A stretch of 64,000 nt of DNA, taken from Planktothrix sp. GU0601_MAG3. GTDB lineage: Bacteria > Cyanobacteriota > Cyanobacteriia > Cyanobacteriales > Microcoleaceae. The stretch is from assembly GCA_035193785.1 (NCBI GenBank), contig CP136572.1, forward strand, positions 2,068,578-2,132,577, in the 5' to 3' direction. The notes under the pieces were generated by a model that was not told the DNA's origin, searched no databases, and saw only the letters and a list, made by a program, of their open reading frames with translations. The position numbers were made by a program, and so were the translations under genes. Below are positions 32,650-46,226 of the stretch, piece after piece; position 1 is the first letter of the stretch; each line of letters starts with the position of its first letter.

Positions 32650-32863
32650 CAACAATCTATTTTTGTTTTTGATCGGCGGAAATACTGGTTTATTGATGCG
32701 GCTGCTATTATTTCCAGCCTTTCTGCTGTGGGATTTTATCGGCTGGAGGAATAGGGTTAGTCGGAAAAATGACCAAACCCTAATGGGGGTGGGAAGGAAA
32801 AATCCTTCCTCTTTTGATATTTGGGTAACTGGTGTGATCACGGCTTTGCTTAACTCCTAGACT

Positions 32864-33629
32864 TCAAAGTCGCAGTAGTAAATCACGACCATGGGTATCC
32901 GTACCGCAGGTGTTCAGTAAACCATAGCCATCTGCTAACTGTTTAACTTGGTTGGCAATTTTAGCGGTAGACAGCCAAGGGTTAGTATGACGATAGGCAT
33001 AATAGACCTCAATACCATCAATCCCTAAATTAGCCGCTTCTGTAATCAATTCTGGCACCGGATGACGATAACGGGCTGGATGGGCCAAAACCGCCAATCC
33101 TCCCGCCTGTTGAATTGCATTAATCACATTTTTAGCAGCATAGGCATCGGTTTCCCAAGGTAGTACAACCTTGCAGATAGGGTTGCAGACCAGTGGAGTC
33201 GGGATCGAAAGCATAACCCAGAATATGGACATCCGCAGCCAATAACCGGGCATTAATTTCTACTCCCGTCCATAACCGGGGCGCTTTATTCGCCCGTTTG
33301 GGATACTTATTTTTCCAGTTATCTAACCAGTGCTGGGCTTCTTTGTACCCTTGGGTACCATGGTGATCGGTAATTGTCAGTCCTTTTAAACCAATTTCAA
33401 TCGCCTGCTCCATGACTTCATGGGGTTCTAACTGCCCATCTGAACGTCGGGTATGGAGGTGAAAGTTATAGGAATTGGGGCAACTTCTGGCATTCAAGGT
33501 TTGAAAGACCTGTTGCAGTGAAGACCGATCTTGGGCAGGTGGTATCAATAAGGGTGATTCCACAAATCCCGTTTGGATATGAAACCACCCCGATAACGAT
33601 TCAGAATCTGAGGTTAGATTGACACTCAT
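32864..33629 (-). CDS. PHP-domain metal-dependent phosphoesterase, apparent frameshift at ~33152
   Basis: HLHTRRSDG, ITDHH, GVEI, HILGY, then AVLAHPARY, GIEVYY and GTDTHG. Confidence 0.88.
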
Positions 33630-34119
33630 ACCGTCTTCATCTTAATAAACTGTTACTATAATCTACTGTATCGAATTTATTGGGCAGTTGCTACAAGATA
33701 GGGTTAAGATTGACCAATTTTAGATTTGAAATTCTTATATAAGGAAATGGGCTATAGGTAAGGGGGTATTAATGGTATTGACGATAAGGGGTTAGGAACA
33801 CCATCCCACTTCCTCGGCCATCCCCGTTCCCAATATCTAAAATCATTTTTATCTGCCTTTACTATTTCAAGAACCTTGATCTATAATTGCTGAACACCTA
33901 AAATCCGACACCCTGGGGTGGGGCTTGTCCTCACCCCCCCCGATGGTCTAGGCCAAAGAATTTTGATGATCTGGTTACAGATGCAATCCAAACCATAAAA
34001 TCAACCAGAATTAATGGGGACGGGGCGGGTTTATGAAGATTAATAATTGGTGACAGAAATAACTGCGAACCCTCCCCTACATTTGGACTCAAAAACAAGG
34101 TTGATTAGTTTTAGGAGAA

Positions 34120-34770
34120 TTAAAATTTGTAATTGCGATCGCGCACCCACAAACTAACTGGAATTGCTTTTCCTTGAGAATTAACTTTAACTTCCACCAC
34201 AAAAGATTGCTGATTATTCCTTTGTGCTTCTGTAATTGTATCATTAATTTGATTCCGTTGGCTTTCCGGCATATAATACCGTTCTAAACCGTATTCAATA
34301 TTCCATCCCGTTGATTTTCCCTGTAAAGCTATTTGATTATTAGATAAATTATCAGGATATTCAGCACTGATTTTTACAGGTTTCCAAGCTAAAGGATGTT
34401 GGGATTTAGACGCATCTTTGGGTTTGTCTAAGGTGACATAAATTAAAGTTCCCTGGGGTAAATATTCTGCACCTTGAGCAACTTCTTTCCAACCGGGAAC
34501 TGCTCTGAGAGTATCAGCACTAGAAATATCATAACTCAGGGTTTGATAATATCCTCGGAAAAAATCATAGGGGTCAACGGGGGCGGTTTGTAATACCACG
34601 GTTTTTCCGGTGACTTGGGTATAAAATGCTTGGGAAGGAACGGCTAAAATTAGGATTAATTGAAATAATAACGGTGTCCAAAATTTCCAAGCTGGGATCT
34701 GTTTTTTCACTACAGGAGACTGAGTTGAAATAACGGAAGATTGGGTATCATTCGAGTCAGAATAATTCAT
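34120..34770 (-). CDS. GDYXXLXY-domain membrane-anchored protein
   Basis: LQTAPVDPYDFFRGYYQTLSYD and YGLERYYMPE. Confidence 0.85.
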   Translation of the reverse strand: MNYSDSNDTQSSVISTQSPVVKKQIPAWKFWTPLLFQLILILAVPSQAFYTQVTGKTVVLQTAPVDPYDFFRGYYQTLSYDISSADTLRAVPGWKEVAQGAEYLPQGTLIYVTLDKPKDASKSQHPLAWKPVKISAEYPDNLSNNQIALQGKSTGWNIEYGLERYYMPESQRNQINDTITEAQRNNQQSFVVEVKVNSQGKAIPVSLWVRDRNYKF

Positions 34771-34797
34771 GGTTTTTACTCCTAAAAATTAGATAAA

Positions 34798-36202
34798 TTA
34801 ACGATTTTGAGTTCTAGCGGCAGTTAATAAATGGCGTTCAAACCATAACCCAGCTAGAATTACTCCCACACCACATAAGGTAAATACAAAGGCTTTTAGA
34901 ATCAATTCGGTATTATATTCAAAGGTGCGACTCATAATTTGGGAGACTAATAAAATCATTCCGCCCCAAAAGGCAAAGCGTTGAGTTTGGGCGAGTCCAA
35001 TTCTAATTAATCCCGTGGCTAAAAGAAACATCTGTACATTGAATAAAAAGGTTGCTATTTCAGGAATTGCATAGATTTGTAAATGCCAAAAACAGATAAA
35101 TCCAGTTAAACCTAAAAATCCAGCAATAACGCTAGTAACGGAATCAAATCCCCATTTATTCGGATAAATAGCACTGGGTTTAATTAATTGAAACCATTGC
35201 AAAAATAGAATTCCCAAAAACACATAAAAGTCCAGCAAAATGAATTGATTAATTAACCTAGAATTATCTGAATTGTCTACAAGAAGATCATTCCAAACTC
35301 CGTTGAAAGATAAACTAAAAAATAAAAAGGCTAACAGAATAATGGATAGGGTTTTAGCTGAAGGTTGAAATAGTCTACTATCAATCATCGGCCAGGAGGC
35401 ATCATCATAACTCCAGAGTAAAGCGGGAGTAAAGATTAATGAAATGGCAAAAATTAACCCAGGTGGTAAATCGGAATTAAACAGGGGAAAGAGGCTGATT
35501 TGTAAGGCGAGAATCAGAATCAGTAAGGTCATAATAAACAATACCCGAGACTGACAGCGATAGGCAAGGGGAATGAATAGAAATCCGGCAATTAAAGGGG
35601 TATGTTTCTAGGACTAAATTTAGGATAGAAAAAGGTTGGAGGGAGAATAAATTAGATGCTCCTGTCCAATATCCAATCCCATATAAGAGTAGTCCTAGAA
35701 ATCCTAAAGAAGTTAGTTGCAAACTATAGGACATTAATAATACTCCAATTCCCCATACTAAAAATAGTTCATGGGTGGAACCACTTTGATGAAAAATTTG
35801 TCCCATTAGGGCAATATTTGCCCCTAAAATTAATGCTCCAAAAATTAATAATCCTTGACCTAATTTTTGTTTTCTTCCCACTTCTAAGGAGTCTGATGGT
35901 TGTTTCCATAAATAAAAACCAGTTGTATTAACTCCTATAAATAAACTCAGAAGTAGGAGCACTTTAACGGTTTTTGACCAGTCTTGCCAATTAGCGGCTA
36001 CAAAGGTAATTACACCTAAGCCTAATAGAATGGCTCCCAACCCCATTAAAATCATAACAAACCGACTACTAGCGGCGGTTTCGAGATGATTAAATTGATA
36101 GCGGGTGGCTAACTGTTGATAGACAGAATCATCAATTATTTGTTCTTCTTGCCAGAGTTTGGCTTCCTGACGAAGTTGGCGACGGAATTTTTCGTTGATC
36201 AT
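34798..36202 (-). CDS. DUF2157-domain integral membrane protein, apparent frameshift at ~35606
   Basis: LGAILLGLGVITFVAANW and GANIALMGQIFH. The corrected join reads VLEHTPLIAGFLFIPLAYRC. Adjacent to the GDYXXLXY gene, as usual for this family. Confidence 0.85.
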
Positions 36203-36366
36203 TTGCGGTAATATGAAACAATTGTACAGTCCATTGAAACTGACTAGATTTTAGTTTTTACCTAAATATTAGGAAACTACAATTCTGGTTTTAATTTAAA
36301 ATTGGGTTTAATGATTAAGACCTGTGACAGATTGTTAACTTGCACAGGGAAAAAATGCTTAAAATC

Positions 36367-37212
36367 CTACAAGGGCTTTTTATTGGATTTAGAGGCTAAA
36401 AAAGTTAGCATTTTTTCAAATACTTGGACGGCTAGGTCTACCCCATTATCTCTAGTAAATATATCATAATTGGGATGGGAATTTGCCTCTATAAACCAAT
36501 ATTGATTATTCTCGTCTACCGCAATATCTAACCCGGTATAGTCTAAATTTAATTCTTGAAAAATAGGTTGACAAAATGCTTCTATTTCTGATACAATTTG
36601 GGGATTATTAATGTGTTTGGCTATTGCTCCTTGCCAATGTAAAGGGCTTAAATTTCCGGTAAAGGTAGCCTGACTAATATCTTTTTCATATAGTAATATT
36701 AATTTTTGATTTAAAAAAACGGCTCGATATTCTCGTTGGATTAAAATATATTGTTGAGCGATCGCTACATAGTCATAATCCTTATGATTAATATTAAAAA
36801 TTGTGCTTAAAGCGTTTTGAATATCCTCAAGGTTATGACATAAAAAAACATAGTGTCCACCGGAACCGGAATTGCGTTTAACAATCACGGGAAATTGAAA
36901 TACCCGTTCAATTTCTTTCGCAATATCGAGAATGGTTTTAAATTTTAAATAATGTTGATATTTACAGTCAAATGGCGAAAGAAAACCCAGGCTTTTTGGA
37001 GTTCTAATTTTTTTGTGTAAAATTGAGTAGGTATAGTCTTTATCTTTAATAATTTTAAAAGTCGATTGATCTACTAAAGGGGTACTATAATTACAAAAAT
37101 AATAATTTTTATCTAGCTTAACCTTAACTAAATTCTGATCAGAATGCAGTATTTCATAATCAATATTAAGATTCTGGCAAGCCTGAAGTAATAACCCAAT
37201 ATTATTTAACAT
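36367..37212 (-). CDS. ATP-grasp (RimK-like) ligase
   Basis: KDKDYTY, FPVIVKRNSGSGG, QQYI..EYR, GLDIAVDE and FIEANSHP. The start may extend to 37290. Confidence 0.78.
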   Translation of the reverse strand: MLNNIGLLLQACQNLNIDYEILHSDQNLVKVKLDKNYYFCNYSTPLVDQSTFKIIKDKDYTYSILHKKIRTPKSLGFLSPFDCKYQHYLKFKTILDIAKEIERVFQFPVIVKRNSGSGGHYVFLCHNLEDIQNALSTIFNINHKDYDYVAIAQQYILIQREYRAVFLNQKLILLYEKDISQATFTGNLSPLHWQGAIAKHINNPQIVSEIEAFCQPIFQELNLDYTGLDIAVDENNQYWFIEANSHPNYDIFTRDNGVDLAVQVFEKMLTFLASKSNKKPL

Positions 37213-37940
37213 AAAAATAGTAAGGAATAGGCAATAGGAGAAAAATCTATAAACGGAAATTGGAGACGGCTGAAAAGACGCTATAAACAACGCCTGGGCT
37301 ATCTCCTAATTCCATTACCAGTAGAGTTACCGCGTTGGATTATTTCCTTGTACTTGTTGACGACCATTCCGAATCACTCGCATCATTTCATTTAACTGTT
37401 GTTCGATGCTTCCTAGGACGTGATCAGCATAATCATCGGCACCGTTTTGAATTTCTTCACATTCAGCCATAGTCCGCGATCGCATTTCTTCTAATTCCTG
37501 TTGAAGACGATAACGAATTTGTTCAATTTCAGACAAGGTTTGTTGCTGAAGCGTATCACATTCGTGTTGAACCTGTTGACGCAATTGATCCGCTTCCGAT
37601 TTTGCTTGTTGAATCAAACCCATTTCATTTAATATTCGAGCCGCCCTTTGTTCAGCCATATCGATAATTTCCCGGGCATATTCTTCCGCCTCTTGCAGAA
37701 TTTCATCCTTATGACGGACGATAATATCTGACTCTTGAAAAGCACTCGGTAAATTCAATCGAATCAAATCTAATTGATCCAGTAATTGTTCTTCATCGAC
37801 TAAAGTTCGTCGAGTTAGGGGAATTCTAGGACTATCGAGAATCATCTCCTCCAGTCGGTTAAGTTCCCGTTGGATATCAATTCCAGGGGAATTACTAACA
37901 GAGGTTTCCGGTTCTACACGGAGTCCATTTGATTCAGGTT

Positions 37941-38436
<496 letters not shown>

Positions 38437-38635
38437 TTATGACAAGATGAATATTATTGCCAAATTATAGAACGAAGGGGGGACGGAGCCTTAAAACTAG
38501 GTAATGTCTGTCAATCTAACCCAAACAAAACCTTAAAATGTTCCAAGGACTGCGACTAGATCAACCCATAACCTGTTAACGTGTCTCTTGTCCTAACTCT
38601 TTGAAGCCAACGGACATCTCTGAACAGACTAATAA

Positions 38636-39940
<1,305 letters not shown>

Positions 39941-39955
39941 CTGAAAAACACCTAT

Positions 39956-39981
39956 AAAACAGTCCAGCCTTGGGCTGTTTT
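39956..39981 (+). terminator. Intrinsic terminator after eno
   Basis: aaaacagtccagccttgggctgtttt hairpin with a T tract. Confidence 0.6.
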
Positions 39982-40022
39982 ACTAATATCATTAGGAAAA
40001 ATAACAAACAATCAAAGTAGAA

Positions 40023-40653
40023 ATGAACAAAAATATTCAGAAGGGTGCGAAGTTTTTTTTAACGGGATTAGCAACGATGGGTTTAGTCTTCTCGGAGGCT
40101 GTATTTTCCCCCGCGAGCGCTACTCAACAGTTATTTTGTAATGGACGGATGAACAATGGTTGGACTTATTCAGCCCAGTTTCTCAATGGTCGTTTTACAG
40201 AAATTCGTTGGGAGCGCCCAGGACAGCCCCCCATCGTTTCCAACCTGAGTTTTCAATCCACCAATGATGCCAGACAACCTGTTTATACAGGGTCAATCAT
40301 GGCAGCCACAATGGTTACTTTAGTTGATACCTCCCGGGGTAATGTGCGAACGGGTTCACAAATATCGGTTACGGCGGAAGAATGGGGTACCAGCATCGGA
40401 AACCTGTGGTACTTCCTCGGGTAACTCCATGGGAAACTCCTCGGACTGGTTTACCAATACCAGGAACAATCTAGTCGGTTCTAATGCAAATCAAGCCAGA
40501 CGTTGGCTCAATAGAAACAATTTTGTCTTTACTCAAACCTTAGCACATACTAATCGGCGCATCGTTGAACGCTGGAATCGCAGTAACCCCAACGGAGCCA
40601 TTGATGTGATTTTTGTTAATAATATGGTGTCTGATGTGATGATGGCTCGTTAA
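40023..40653 (+). CDS. Secreted hypothetical protein, apparent frameshift at ~40401
   Basis: Signal peptide ending PASA. ORFs 40023-40424 and 40324-40653 join at GAAAC 40399-40403 (WGTSIGTCGTSSGNS). Confidence 0.7.
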
Positions 40654-40668
40654 TAAAATTCCATTCTT

Positions 40669-41484
40669 TTAATTTTTAATTCCGGTGGTGGCAATTCCCC
40701 GAATAAATTGTTTCTGTCCAATCAAAAATAATAAAATCACCGGAATTGAAGAAATGACCACCGCCGCCATTAATAATTGCCAACTATTGGTATATTGTTG
40801 TTGAAATTCTGCGAGGACTAACTGCACGGTTTTTAATTGGGGTTTAGTGGTAAAAATTAGGGGTTTAAATAAATCATTCCATTCCCCAATAAAGGTAAAT
40901 AAAAATAATGTTACTAGGGCGGGTTGGGCCAAAGGTAACATAATTTGCCATAAAATCTGCCATCGGTTGGCCCCATCCAAGGCGGCGGATTCCTCTAACT
41001 CCACCGGAATTGTCAGGAAATATTGACGGAGAAGGAAAATACCAAAACCATTGGCAGCCGTGGGTAAAATTAAAGCCCAATAGGTATTAAGTAAATGTCC
41101 CCATTTCAAAACCAAAAATATGGGAATTACTAATAACTGAAACGGAATCACCAGAGTGGCTAAAACAACTAATAATAGGGCTTGTCGTCCCCGAAACTTT
41201 AACCGGGCTAAGGCATATCCAGCCAAAGCCGAGGTAATCACCTGAAATGCAGTTACTCCCAAAGCCACTAAGGTAGAGTTGGCAAAAGCCAGGAGAAACC
41301 GACCTCGACGCCAAGCTTCTTGATAGTTGGCGAGGGTAAACTGATTCCCTCCCACGCTGTTGGAGGTGGAAAAGGAGGTTGCTAAGACCACAAATAACGG
41401 CAATAGGACAATTCCCGCCCCCAGCAACAATAGACCCCAACTGCTGCCGACTAATATTTTTTCCCTGGGAATGGCATTTGTCAT
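40669..41484 (-). CDS. Carbohydrate ABC transporter permease (MalG type)
   Basis: LAGYALARLKFRG, EAA-like motif ELEESAALDGA, and WNDLFKPL. Confidence 0.92.
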   Translation of the reverse strand: MTNAIPREKILVGSSWGLLLLGAGIVLLPLFVVLATSFSTSNSVGGNQFTLANYQEAWRRGRFLLAFANSTLVALGVTAFQVITSALAGYALARLKFRGRQALLLVVLATLVIPFQLLVIPIFLVLKWGHLLNTYWALILPTAANGFGIFLLRQYFLTIPVELEESAALDGANRWQILWQIMLPLAQPALVTLFLFTFIGEWNDLFKPLIFTTKPQLKTVQLVLAEFQQQYTNSWQLLMAAVVISSIPVILLFLIGQKQFIRGIATTGIKN

Positions 41485-41758
41485 AAGTAAGTAACGGGTT
41501 GCTATCCTATTTGGGTTAAGGAAAAGTTATGATATCCTTCCGGTCTTCCCCGAAGGTGGGTTCAATTCAATGTCCAAGTGCATCCCACGCGGAAAAGACG
41601 TGGGTTTTGTGCGAGAATCGCTATAAGCTTAATTAATTAAGTAGTTTGGTGAAAACATCAACCTTTTGACCCCATCTTCCGGTGATCCCAAAGGGGGGAC
41701 AGAGGGCGGATGTAAACTAGCAATAATAACTCATTTGTGATGAGGAGATTGTAAATCT

Positions 41759-42451
41759 ATGCCACAGCTTGAAGCCATTGCGATTGACTTCCAATCTGAA
41801 ACCTATAAAGATGCCTACAGCCGAATTAACGCCATTGTGATTGAAGGAGAACAGGAAGCCTACGACAATTACATCAAGCTGGGTGCAATGTTGCCTGAGC
41901 AGCAGGAGAATTTAGCGGGTTTGGCAAAAATGGAAATGCGCCATAAAAAAGGGTTTCAGTCCTGTGGGCGGAATTTAGCCGTCACACCGGATATGGAATT
42001 TGCCCGGGAGTTCTTTGCTTCCTTACACCAAAATTTTAAGGATGCCGCCGCCGAAGGGAAAGTGGTCACCTGCTTGTTAATTCAATCTTTAATTATTGAA
42101 TGTTTTGCGATCGCCGCTTACAACATTTATATTCCCGTAGCCGATGATTTTGCTCGCAAAATTACCGAAGGGGTGGTCAAAGACGAGTATATGCACCTCA
42201 ACTTTGGTGAAGAATGGCTCAAAGCCAACTTGGAAACCTCCAAAAAGGAACTCGAAGACGCCAACCGCCAAAACCTGCCGATTATTTGGAGAATGCTCAA
42301 CCAAGTTGCCGATGATGCCCAGATTCTAGGAATGGAAAAGGAAGCATTAGTCGAGGATTTTATGATTGCTTATGGGGAAGCTCTAAGCAATATCGGGTTT
42401 TCGACCCGCGATATTATGCGAATGTCCGCCTACGGTCTTACCGCAGCCTAA
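41759..42451 (+). CDS. ado: Aldehyde-deformylating oxygenase (alkane biosynthesis)
   Basis: [32 protein letters not shown] and DEYMH di-iron motifs. Confidence 0.96.
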   Translation: MPQLEAIAIDFQSETYKDAYSRINAIVIEGEQEAYDNYIKLGAMLPEQQENLAGLAKMEMRHKKGFQSCGRNLAVTPDMEFAREFFASLHQNFKDAAAEGKVVTCLLIQSLIIECFAIAAYNIYIPVADDFARKITEGVVKDEYMHLNFGEEWLKANLETSKKELEDANRQNLPIIWRMLNQVADDAQILGMEKEALVEDFMIAYGEALSNIGFSTRDIMRMSAYGLTAA

Positions 42452-42477
42452 AATACCCTTTGGATTTTAGATTACCA

Positions 42478-42506
42478 GTAGAGACGTTGCACCGCAACGT
42501 CTGTAC
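42478..42506. repeat. GTAG-type REP-like palindrome between ado and aar
   Basis: gtagagacgttgcaccgcaacgtctgtac. Confidence 0.75.
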
Positions 42507-42565
42507 CCAGACTGCGGCTTTGGACGTTAAACTCTAAAATCCATCTTAAAATCTATAGTTGAATC

Positions 42566-43592
42566 ATGTTTGGTTTAATCGGTCATCTTACCAGTTTAGA
42601 ACACGCCCAAGCCGTTGCCAGAGATTTAGGATATCCTGAATATGCTGACCAAGGGTTAGATTTTTGGTGCAGCGCTCCGCCTCAAATCGTTGATGATATC
42701 AAAGTCACGAGTATTACAGGTCAAATCATTGAAGGCAAATATGTGGAGTCTTGTTTTTTGCCCGAAATGTTAGCTAGTCGTCGCATCAAAGCGGCAACTC
42801 GCAAAATTATTAATGCAATGGCTCATGCTCAAAAAAATGGAATTAATATCACAGCTTTAGGGGGATTTTCCTCGATTATTTTTGAAAATTTTAACTTAGA
42901 ACAAATTCAACAGGTTCGGAATATTAAGTTAGAGTTTGAACGATTTACCACCGGAAATACTCACACTGCCTATATTATCTGTCGTCAGGTAGAAAACGCG
43001 GCGGCCCGGTTAGGGATTGATTTAACTAAGGCTACCGTTGCTATTTGTGGAGCCACAGGGGATATTGGTAGTGCGGTTTGTCGTTGGCTCAACAGCCACA
43101 CAGAGGCCGGAGAATTGTTATTAATTGCCCGGGATAAGGAACGTCTCCACGCTTTACAGGAGGAGTTGGGACGGGGAAAAATTATGGGATTAGAAGAAGC
43201 CTTACCCCAAGCGGATATTATCGTTTGGGTGGCGAGTATGCCCCGGGGGGTCGAAATCAATCCCGATACCTTGAAAAAACCCTGTTTGCTGATTGATGGT
43301 GGTTATCCTAAGAATTTAGCCACAAAAATTCAACATCCTGAAATTTATGTCTTAGATGGCGGAATTGTGGAAACACGCCCTTGATATTGACTGGAAAATT
43401 ATGAAAATTGTCAATATGAAGTTACCCGGACGTCAACTCTTTGCCTGTTTTGCGGAATCGATGTTACTGGAATTTGAGAAAATTTATACTAATTTTTCCT
43501 GGGGTCGCAATCAAATTACTGTTGAAAAAATGGAACAAATTGGTAAGGTTTCTGTAAAACATGGCTTTAAACCTTTAGCTTTACCACTGTAA
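42566..43592 (+). CDS. aar: Long-chain acyl-ACP reductase, apparent frameshift at ~43372
   Basis: [34 protein letters not shown] and [20 protein letters not shown]. Confidence 0.95.
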
Positions 43593-43796
43593 TCAGTTAT
43601 CAGTCATCAGTGTAGAGACGTGCCATGGCGCGTCTGTATCAGTTATCAGTTATCAGTGTAGAGACGTGCCATGGCGCGTCTGTATCAGTTATCAGTTATC
43701 AGTGTAGAGACGTGCCATGGCGCGTCTGTATCAGTTATCAGTTATCAGTGTAGAGACGTGCCATGGCGCGTCTGTATCAGTTATCAGTTATCAGTT
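43593..43796. repeat. Four 46-bp tandem units (GTAG REP palindrome plus TCAGTTA heptamers)
   Basis: Unit gtagagacgtgccatggcgcgtctgta+tcagttatcagttatcagt starts at 43612, 43658, 43704 and 43750. Confidence 0.9.
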
Positions 43797-43839
43797 TAAG
43801 AGCTACCAGTGAAGTTATCAGTCCTGTTAGTTCAGTTTT

Positions 43840-44593
43840 TCAAGAGAAGTAAGAAGATATTAATGCTAAATCTAAATAGCATTTTTCGGGAATCTTTCCC
43901 CCTAAGACCGTCAACGGTTGATCGGGTTCACCTATATGATTTACGACTAATAGAGCATCAGTAAAATCTTGATTTTTGGTATAATCATTGACGGTAATAA
44001 TTGTTTTTAATCCGGCTTGTTTAGAGGCTGAAAATCCATGATAGGAGTCTTCAAATACTAAGCAATCTGCTGCATTTAATCCCAGTTTTTCTAGGACATA
44101 AAAATAAATATCCGGGGCGGGTTTTTTGGCGGGAAACAATATCCCCGGCGGCAATAATTTCAAACCAATTGGGATCAATTGCCGTATTTTCCAATAAGGC
44201 TAACACATTGGGTAAGGCACTGGTTGTGGCGATCGCTAACCTCATTCCCTGCTCCTTTGCTTCTTGAATTAACCGTTGTACCCCAGGACGCAAAGGAATT
44301 GAACCCCGATCTAATAATTTTCGATAATATTCATTTTTTAACTGATGCAAATTAACAATTAAATCATTTAAGTTGTCTGTTAATAAAAAATCCGGTTCAT
44401 CCTGTTCAATATAATAACGAATTCGCTCTTTTCCTCCACCAATTGCCAATAATTTACCATACAAATCTACAGACCAATTCCAAGATAAACCAACCTGAGA
44501 AAAGGCTTGATTAAAAGCAATTCTATGGCCATCCCGTTCCGTATCCGCTAAAGTACCATCTACATCAAAAATCAAAGTTTTGAGTTTCCCCAT
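43840..44593 (-). CDS. cbbY: CbbY-like HAD-family hydrolase, apparent frameshift at ~44135
   Basis: FDVDGTLADTERDGHRIAFN, GGGKERI, AIATTS, KKPAPDIY and VFEDS. Confidence 0.85.
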
Positions 44594-44653
44594 ATTTTTT
44601 CTATTCCCTATTCCCTATTCCCTTGTTACTCAGCGAAGTCGAAGTATTCCCTA

Positions 44654-44809
44654 TCAATTAAACTTTTGTTTAGCCTGGTCATAGACCTCAACGGTAATTT
44701 GAGTAACGCCTAATTCCTGAGCAAACTTTTCAATTTTTTTCCGCGCCGCCGGACGGACAAAAAAAGGAATTTCTTTCAAACGAGTTTCAGCTTCTGTTGT
44801 CCATTCCAT
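44654..44809 (-). CDS. Small stand-alone PCP_red (ChlB C-terminal-like) domain protein, 51 aa
   Basis: MEWTTEAETRLKEIPFFVRPAARKKIEKFAQELGVTQITVEVYDQAKQKFN*, below the ORF-track cut-off. Confidence 0.8.
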   Translation of the reverse strand: MEWTTEAETRLKEIPFFVRPAARKKIEKFAQELGVTQITVEVYDQAKQKFN

Positions 44810-45154
44810 GATCATGAATTAAGAAAGAGGATAATTACATTAATCTATAATAAAATCAGAAAGGGTGCAATAGTCGAAGCATCAATATGAATCTATACTA
44901 ACCCAATGATATTATTGCTCAACCTGTGTATCTTGTATGAAGGAATTATCAAGCATCAATTTGGTTCTTTCTTGGAGCAGCAGGAAAAAGAATGGCTGGT
45001 GGCTAAGATATCTGATTTTCTGCAAAAATTAAAGGAGAGAAAAAATTGATCAAAATCTGGATTCTCACCTATAATTTTCAGCAACATTAGAACTAAGATG
45101 GGGTAAAATGACAACAAATTCCCCCACGTTCAAAACTTCACGATCAAATGTATT

Positions 45155-46142
45155 TTAATTGGGAGCAGCAGCAGCTTTTTGTTCCGCTATTTTTTGATTA
45201 TTAGCATATTGAACGGCCCTATCTTCAGCCACAGTAAACTTAGGATGGGAGTTAGGAACCTTTTTCATCAACTCACTAGCCCGTTTCCATTCCGTTGCCA
45301 CCTTTGTCCATTCCTCCCGAGTTTGGGCTTTCTGCGCTAAGTTGGCGGTAGTGGTTGCGGTTTTCACAGCTTCAGAAAACGGATCAATCGGTGTGGCTGG
45401 AGTTGTGGGCGGTTTAGGGGAGGTGGAAGCCGACGGAGGGGGAGAGGAAGAAGTATCGGGGGACTCTGGAGAGGAGGAAACCTGTGGGGAGGAAGGGTAA
45501 GCGGAAGATTCCGGTAAAATGCAATCCCCCCAGAATCGCCAGAAAGGCTAAAACTCCCAACAAAGCCAAGGGCAAAACGTTGCTTTTTGGCTTTTTCGGT
45601 TCAACCTGGCGGGTGGTTTCCTCAATCTCATCATCGGGATCATCATCTTCCTCGGGATTGTAGGCCGAGGCTACATTATTATTTTGGGGAGGCAAATACT
45701 CATCATCATCATCAATGATGTCGTCATCATCAATAATTTCGTCGTCAATATTGTAGTCTTCGTCTTCATCATCCACCAAAGGGACAGAAGATTCATCCAA
45801 AAAGACATCGGCCACCGGCTTGCTTACGGTTTCTGGCGGAGTTCTCAGAACAATTTCTTCTTCCCAAACGGGTAAATCATCTCCGAATTGACGTCCATAG
45901 ACCTTAACGGTGTAAATCGTTTCAACACCGAGGCGATCCATGCCATTTCGGACTAATTTTACTAAGTCTTTTTGATAGTGGGGAACCTGATCCCCTTCCA
46001 TCATTACATGGAGACAGCCGTTATCCCGCATGACATCGGCGTTAATTCCTTTAGATTTTAGGGAACGGTTAATCGCGTCTGCGATCACCTTGGGATCGCC
46101 CTGTTTAGCCAGTTCCCGGGGGCTTTGATCTTGTGATGACAT
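45155..46142 (-). CDS. Hypothetical membrane protein (acidic linker, TM helix, Ser/Pro-rich region, helical C-domain), apparent frameshift at ~45479
   Basis: ELAKQGDPKVIA...VKVYGRQFGDDLPVW, an Asp-rich tract and a TM helix. The corrected join leads to DPFSEAVKTATTTANLAQKAQTREEW. Confidence 0.75.
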
Positions 46143-46226
46143 AGCTAAAATGATTTCACCTGTCCATGACAATGATAGTATCACTCATTAATCGCTGTGC
46201 AACTATATTTCTAAAAATTAGAACTT

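Noticed and set aside
32617..32860. ORFs 32617-32841 (-) and 32663-32860 (+)
   Set aside because: They overlap each other, have no recognisable motif and lack an ATG start, so I cannot support them.
36367..37290. Microviridin (graspetide) biosynthetic cluster
   Set aside because: Only one ATP-grasp gene is present, with no PFFARFL-type precursor and no second ligase or transporter next to it.
41580..41610. IS200/IS605-like end hairpin (cccacgcggaaaagacgtggg) upstream of ado
   Set aside because: It is a single short hairpin with no tnpA/tnpB remnant or second end nearby.
43593..43796. CRISPR array
   Set aside because: The intervening sequences are identical heptamer tracts rather than unique spacers. 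There are no cas genes or leader, and the palindrome also occurs singly elsewhere as a REP-like element.
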